Shown: piece after piece, positions 34,667 through 38,586 of the stretch
Layout of the letters: each line of letters begins with the position of its first letter
How positions within the stretch are numbered: the first letter of the stretch is position 1
IMG/VR virus record: IMGVR_UViG_3300030330_002763
Span: 1 to 38,586 of that record
DNA from: a virus
Lineage: Duplodnaviria > Caudoviricetes
Direction: 5' to 3' (one strand)
Length of the DNA stretch: 38,586 nucleotides
Position numbers and translations under genes: made by a program
The notes under the pieces: model-generated
What the model was told of the DNA's origin: nothing
The model's input: the letters and a program-made list of their open reading frames with translations, nothing else
The model's database searches: none

Positions 34667-34744
34667 ACCCATAAGTCCCCGGCTTTCTTCTTGTATTATC
34701 CTACCGGGGCAAAATTTTCATTAACTAAAAGAAAGGATAAGTAT

Positions 34745-35737
34745 ATGAAAATATACAAGCGTAGGAATTCTTCCTATTACTGGGTTGACTATGTCAACTA
34801 TGCCGGTAAGAGAATTAGAAAAAGCCTACAGACTAACAAGAAAGTTGATGCGATAACCAGAGCCAAACTTATAGAGAAAAAAGATTGGCTACTTTCAGAG
34901 GGGATGCAAGAATTCGATAGAGAGCCTATTACACTAGGCAAACTACATAGTGAATACATCCCAGAGGTAATTGACGTAAGTAAAAAAGCTGAAAGCAGTA
35001 AGGCAAATGACAAACGACAACTAGAAAGATTTGTCAACCTTATTGGGCCAGATACTTTACTTACTGATGTTACAGAAAGTGAATGTAATCGCTACATCAA
35101 TAAACTGAAAGAAACCCTAGTTGATATCACGATTGTAAAATGTGTTAGCATATGTCGTAGAATGTTTAAGTATGCACTTAAACCACCTTACAACCTAAAG
35201 CATAATCCATTTGAATGGTGTCAATCAGCAAAGGAACTAAATAAGCAAACAGAGAAAAAGCCTATTGTCCCTTGGAATACTATTCTAGGTGCAATTGACC
35301 AAGCTCCGGACATAGATACTAAAATGTTCTGGACATTGTTAGCTTATACCGGGATGGCCCCAGTAGATGCATCTAAGGTAACCAAAGAGGATTTTATTAA
35401 CGGCAGTTACAAGCGTACAAAATCCGGTGTACCTTTTATGCTTTACTACCATCCAGAAATTGCAAAGTATGGAGATGCTATATTTGGATTGTTCCAGAAG
35501 AAATCTCAGCGAGATACTTCCAACAGAAAATTCAAAGCACTTACTGGTCATATCACCTATGACATAAGACGTACTTTTGCGACTAGCGTAATGAATAAGT
35601 TCAAATCAGCAGAAGATGCAATAGCATTTACTGGTCATACGAATGTTAAAACTCTGGTTGACCACTATGCACACGCTGACCCAGAACTTGTTGCAAAGAC
35701 TCTTAGTCAAATCGTACCATCAATGGTACAAGCATAA
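34745..35737 (+). CDS. int: Tyrosine recombinase / integrase
   Basis: N-terminal arm-binding-like IYKR..SYYW...GKRIRKSL.T, helical core-binding domain, and catalytic region YTGMAPVD...RTKSG...YDIRRTFAT...GH.....DHY. Start at ATG 34745 after the repeat RBS box. Confidence 0.9.
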   Translation: MKIYKRRNSSYYWVDYVNYAGKRIRKSLQTNKKVDAITRAKLIEKKDWLLSEGMQEFDREPITLGKLHSEYIPEVIDVSKKAESSKANDKRQLERFVNLIGPDTLLTDVTESECNRYINKLKETLVDITIVKCVSICRRMFKYALKPPYNLKHNPFEWCQSAKELNKQTEKKPIVPWNTILGAIDQAPDIDTKMFWTLLAYTGMAPVDASKVTKEDFINGSYKRTKSGVPFMLYYHPEIAKYGDAIFGLFQKKSQRDTSNRKFKALTGHITYDIRRTFATSVMNKFKSAEDAIAFTGHTNVKTLVDHYAHADPELVAKTLSQIVPSMVQA

Positions 35738-35748
35738 GCGAGGGCAAA

Positions 35749-35934
35749 ATGAAAGAGATAAAGCCAGATGAGTTTGAGTGGAATGAGTTAGATTCTATGG
35801 TTCAAGTACTGCGAGCAGAAATGTCTACTCGCCAGTTTCAAGAGCTAAAGGCACTTGCTGCACTTAATCGCCAAACCCTACAGAAGTTTGTTGGTGGCAT
35901 ACTGAAAAGAGAAATAAGAAACTCTAAGAAGTAG
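35749..35934 (+). CDS. Ribbon-helix-helix (Arc/ParG-like) DNA-binding protein
   Basis: VLRAEM strand, FQELKALAALN helix, TLQKFVGGIL helix. Confidence 0.6.
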   Translation: MKEIKPDEFEWNELDSMVQVLRAEMSTRQFQELKALAALNRQTLQKFVGGILKREIRNSKK

Positions 35935-35941
35935 GGATAAT

Positions 35942-35974
35942 AAAAAGGCCCGGTAGAAATACTGGGCCTTTTTT
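35942..35974. terminator. Bidirectional intrinsic terminator
   Basis: AAAAAGGCCCGGTA-GAAA-TACTGGGCCTTTTTT between convergent operons. Confidence 0.9.
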
Positions 35975-36030
35975 GTTTATTAGAGTTTGACCGGTATAGC
36001 GACATAAACCCTTTTGCTACTATGTCTGGG

Positions 36031-36336
36031 TTACCGTAAATCGTCTCTAATTTTTTGTCTAAATGCTTTATCTTCTGCCTCTTTCTCATTGTCATATGCA
36101 TCAGCAATTTTCTGGTCGTGACTATCTCTTTGACCGGGTGACATCTGGTCATAATTGGTCTCTGCATAATCTGTAGAATGGAATCCAGAGCCTTTAAACT
36201 GTACTGGTGGAGCCTTTAGAAATACTTGTTTCATTATAGAATTGCAATGACCACAAACCGGATGTCCACCACTCATAGGTCTAAAAACTTCTTGTATATC
36301 TTTACACTCTGGACATTTGTAATCATACATCGGCAT
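36031..36336 (-). CDS. FmdB-family zinc-ribbon protein
   Basis: MPMYDYKCPEC...CGHC...VQFKGSGFHSTDY signature. Confidence 0.85.
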   Translation of the reverse strand: MPMYDYKCPECKDIQEVFRPMSGGHPVCGHCNSIMKQVFLKAPPVQFKGSGFHSTDYAETNYDQMSPGQRDSHDQKIADAYDNEKEAEDKAFRQKIRDDLR

Positions 36337-36622
36337 CGATTTTACCTACCTTTTTTAGTTCTTGATATTTTTCCCTTAATTTTTGTAATAACATATTCCA
36401 CTTCATAGGCTCCATAGATTCTAAACGGCCATTATATTTCATATCAAACCTAAGTACCCAGAGACATTGTCTAGGCCCCATAATGTCACAAGCCTTATTC
36501 CATTTAAGAATGTACTTTTTCCACCAGTCCTCATCTACGAAATAATCCTCACTTGTAGTTTTCAAATGTCTGTAACCATCTTTCTGCATCCAGCTTGTAT
36601 TTACTGGAATCATCTTTTGCAA
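36323..36622 (-). CDS. Hypothetical protein
   Basis: Overlap-coupled ORF; start uncertain. Confidence 0.6.
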   Translation of the reverse strand: MQKMIPVNTSWMQKDGYRHLKTTSEDYFVDEDWWKKYILKWNKACDIMGPRQCLWVLRFDMKYNGRLESMEPMKWNMLLQKLREKYQELKKVGKIDADV

Positions 36623-36872
36623 TCTTTTTCATAATCTGTAAAACATTGTCCATTTTTGTAAAATAATAATCTCTGGATTGTAGCATACGAAAATGTTGAG
36701 CAGTCAAATAGACAACCCCATCTAACATTTCTTCAGCAGATTCAGTTAGCCAGTCTCTTGGGTCTGTTGTAGTAATATCATTACCGTATTTCTTCTGGCC
36801 TTTCTTTATTCTTCTTTTAACCTCTTTTACTATTTTGTCATTTAGTGATTGTGGTTTTTGCATTTCGGACAC
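36549..36872 (-). CDS. Conserved phage protein, possibly all-alpha NTP pyrophosphohydrolase (MazG-like) fold
   Basis: G.KKYG...DWL..SAEE.LD..VY acidic helical motif; the functional call is tentative. Confidence 0.55.
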   Translation of the reverse strand: MSEMQKPQSLNDKIVKEVKRRIKKGQKKYGNDITTTDPRDWLTESAEEMLDGVVYLTAQHFRMLQSRDYYFTKMDNVLQIMKKIAKDDSSKYKLDAERWLQTFENYK

Positions 36873-37120
36873 TCCTCCCTAATTTTTCCATAAGTTGGGA
36901 AATCATCGTAGTACAAATTCTGTTTTGATACTCGGTCATACTCCCATACAATATTACATTTTTTACAATACCGTAGCATAGCATCAGCTTTCTTTTTATT
37001 ACTGCTATGGTCACGTTTCTTTTTGACCCCATACTTATAGTCGGCCTTAAAATGATTAAATAACCAGTCTTTGTCGTCACCAGTCACAATTTGCATCTGG
37101 GTCACATTTTGGGTCATCAT
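36842..37120 (-). CDS. Zinc-ribbon hypothetical protein
   Basis: CKKC..VWE...DFPTYG...CPKC. Confidence 0.65.
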   Translation of the reverse strand: MMTQNVTQMQIVTGDDKDWLFNHFKADYKYGVKKKRDHSSNKKKADAMLRYCKKCNIVWEYDRVSKQNLYYDDFPTYGKIREECPKCKNHNH

Positions 37121-37322
37121 TCATAACCGGTGTAGAATCTTCTTTTTTATGATTCTCAATCGCTTTATCAATGTGATTAGTCAATGCCTTTGCCCCAGAT
37201 ACATCCTCGATATCAAGCCACGAACTTTCTTGTGCTTGGTAAACCCTAATTAGCCTCAGTCCTTTTTTTATCAAATCCAATGCTTCCATATCTGCATTAA
37301 TCTTTACTTGTGTATTTTTCAT
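37077..37322 (-). CDS. Hypothetical protein
   Basis: ATGA overlap with the resolvase stop. Confidence 0.65.
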   Translation of the reverse strand: MKNTQVKINADMEALDLIKKGLRLIRVYQAQESSWLDIEDVSGAKALTNHIDKAIENHKKEDSTPVMNDDPKCDPDANCDW

Positions 37323-37624
37323 AACAACTCCATTAGTTTATCTAATTTGATAACTACGAAATTTTCGCCTCTATCTTCCCGTACGATAGTCATATCAGAA
37401 TTTTCATTATCTAGCCATTTTGGTATGGTTTTACGCCTTTTAGCTTGCCATTTAATCTTTTGTCCAGACTTACATAGTTGGAAATATCCATCGACATCTT
37501 CAGTCATTCCCAAGGCCCTACCGTCACTTCCTCTGGCCCTTTCAGAAATATATCCTTTATCAATAAAATAATTAACCAGTTCACGTTCGTAGGTATTTCC
37601 CTTTATTTTACTTTTGCTTGCCAT
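37319..37624 (-). CDS. Holliday junction resolvase (Hjc-like PD-(D/E)XK)
   Basis: MASKSKIKGNTYEREL...SDG...DVD...QAKRRK; start moved to ATG 37624. Confidence 0.8.
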   Translation of the reverse strand: MASKSKIKGNTYERELVNYFIDKGYISERARGSDGRALGMTEDVDGYFQLCKSGQKIKWQAKRRKTIPKWLDNENSDMTIVREDRGENFVVIKLDKLMELL

Positions 37625-38048
37625 ATGTCGATATTGCTCTATGTTCTGGAAAGTCTCTAAATGCATATATCCAATTCCTAGATTGTCTTTGATTATTTTT
37701 TGCATTTTGTACGGCCAGTATGAATTGATTCTCTCCTTGGTATGGTATGTAAGCAATAGTTCCATTGCTGCATACGGCATCAAAGTAATAGATACCAATT
37801 ACATCGATACGCCCAGCACTATGCTTTCTAAGTTTTACATCGATACTGGTTTTGCTTTGTCCAGTTGTAAAATGTGTTTTGATTTGTACACGGCTAAATA
37901 TACCAGATTCTATTTCTACTAATAAATCTACTTGGTCGCAATCTGCGACTGGAGCATATACATTATAACCTCTCTGGATGCAATCTGATGTAATTGCTAA
38001 TTCTCCTATTTTACCTTTTTCTATTGTTGTCAAGTCCGACACCACCAA
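37608..38048 (-). CDS. PD-(D/E)XK endonuclease, homing-endonuclease-like (I-Ssp6803I / PDDEXK_5 type)
   Basis: KGKIGEL...GYNV..P..D...VDLLV...RVQIKT. Confidence 0.75.
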   Translation of the reverse strand: MVVSDLTTIEKGKIGELAITSDCIQRGYNVYAPVADCDQVDLLVEIESGIFSRVQIKTHFTTGQSKTSIDVKLRKHSAGRIDVIGIYYFDAVCSNGTIAYIPYQGENQFILAVQNAKNNQRQSRNWIYAFRDFPEHRAISTYGKQK

Positions 38049-38586
38049 ACCCCTTTAAAAAATTGTTAACCTTTTGAAAGTCCTCGTTATCCCGTACCTC
38101 GGCAAATTTATCTGGTGCTTTGGGTTTAGGATTTCTCTGGGCCTTTTCGTGTTTGTATATAAATTCATTTTCGTAAAAACTTTCCTCACCACAATTATCA
38201 CAAGGTTCGTATCCAGATGGTTTCTCATCAAATGTTTTTGAGTGGTCACATTCAATGCACCACCCAGTCCACTTTTGTTTCTCTATGACCTTTTGTACTT
38301 CCTCGGTTTTATTTCTAGCACGAACTATGTAGCCAGCTATACCTTTTTTGAAAAAGGTATCTGGATTGTAGACCTCGGTTTCACCAGCTTGTTTTAATTC
38401 TACCAAAAGTTCACAAGCAAGTTTGACTGATTCAAATCCGTAGGTCTGGATGGCAATCGCAACGATTGGCCCCCATTTGGAGACTCCACCTAAACCATAG
38501 AAAGGGTCTTTCAAGTTGCCAAACACGGGGGTAATAATATCCAGTATGATAAATGTTTTAGGTTGATTTTCAGAATACGAATCGTG
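38011..38586 (-). CDS. Replication initiator, C-terminal part with zinc finger (continues from 1..384 if circular)
   Basis: The frame is open from 38586 (HDSYSENQPKTFIILDIITPVFGNL...); CIEC and CDNC pairs. Confidence 0.7.
   Translation of the reverse strand, partial: HDSYSENQPKTFIILDIITPVFGNLKDPFYGLGGVSKWGPIVAIAIQTYGFESVKLACELLVELKQAGETEVYNPDTFFKKGIAGYIVRARNKTEEVQKVIEKQKWTGWCIECDHSKTFDEKPSGYEPCDNCGEESFYENEFIYKHEKAQRNPKPKAPDKFAEVRDNEDFQKVNNFLKGFGGVGLDNNRKR

Larger units (their letters stand above)
32152..34744 (+). repeat. Seven dispersed intergenic elements AAGTCCC-hairpin-GGGCAAGATTTCTATAATAAAAGAAAGGATAATA-ATG
   Basis: Copies at 32152-32208, 32623-32686, 33115-33169, 33501-33556, 33949-34003, 34391-34459 and 34673-34744, plus a divergent copy at 31877-31966. 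Stem sequences covary and loop length varies. Confidence 0.92.

Noticed and set aside
32152-34744. CRISPR array interpretation of the dispersed repeats
   Set aside because: The intervening sequences are 200-430-nt complete ORFs of variable length, the repeats contain an RBS, and no cas operon is present.
32152-34744. Canonical integron attC sites or IntI
   Set aside because: No RYYYAAC/GTTRRRY ends, and the recombinase has a phage-type arm-binding N-terminus; only an architectural analogy is claimed.
32152-34744. Each element as an intrinsic terminator or a sigma70 promoter
   Set aside because: The stems are followed by CAAG rather than a U-run, TATAAT is exact in only two copies, and no -35 is present; a promoter role cannot be fully excluded.
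1-38586. Alternative genetic code (stop reassignment)
   Set aside because: Long genes are intact in code 11, and TAA, TAG and TGA all serve as stops with normal gene overlaps.

Overview
The window looks like an essentially complete, circularly permuted ~38.6 kb AT-rich tailed-phage genome with a podovirus-type (P22-like) virion gene set, probably temperate. A replication-initiator ORF runs off position 1 and continues in frame at position 38586. Three modules are visible. (i) A long minus-strand late operon (31132->3310): TerL, basic mini-proteins, portal, a displaced TerS-like gene, scaffold, major capsid, adaptor, a possibly split tail nozzle, ejection proteins including a 2159-aa polyvalent protein with HhH-glycosylase-like and GNAT-like domains, tail fibres, membrane/lysis proteins and an M15 endolysin. 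(ii) A minus-strand replication/recombination operon (2884->1/38586->36031): Xis-like HTH, exonuclease, SSB, initiator, several PD-(D/E)XK nucleases and an FmdB-like zinc ribbon. (iii) A plus-strand early operon (31967->35934): a ~430-nt structured leader, then eight genes each preceded by a conserved element (AAGTCCC-hairpin-GGGCAAG...AAAGAAAGGATAA-ATG; the first copy is divergent), the last being a tyrosine recombinase, followed by an RHH-like regulator. The most notable observations are this cassette-like array next to a recombinase, a late-transcript 3' hairpin loop exactly antisense to the array's shared RBS box, paired TGTGACGT repeats resembling integrase arm sites, and apparent genome-wide avoidance of GATC and CAGG/CCTG. 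No polymerase, primase, tRNA, rRNA or CRISPR array was recognised. All family assignments come from motif recognition by eye, not from database searches.
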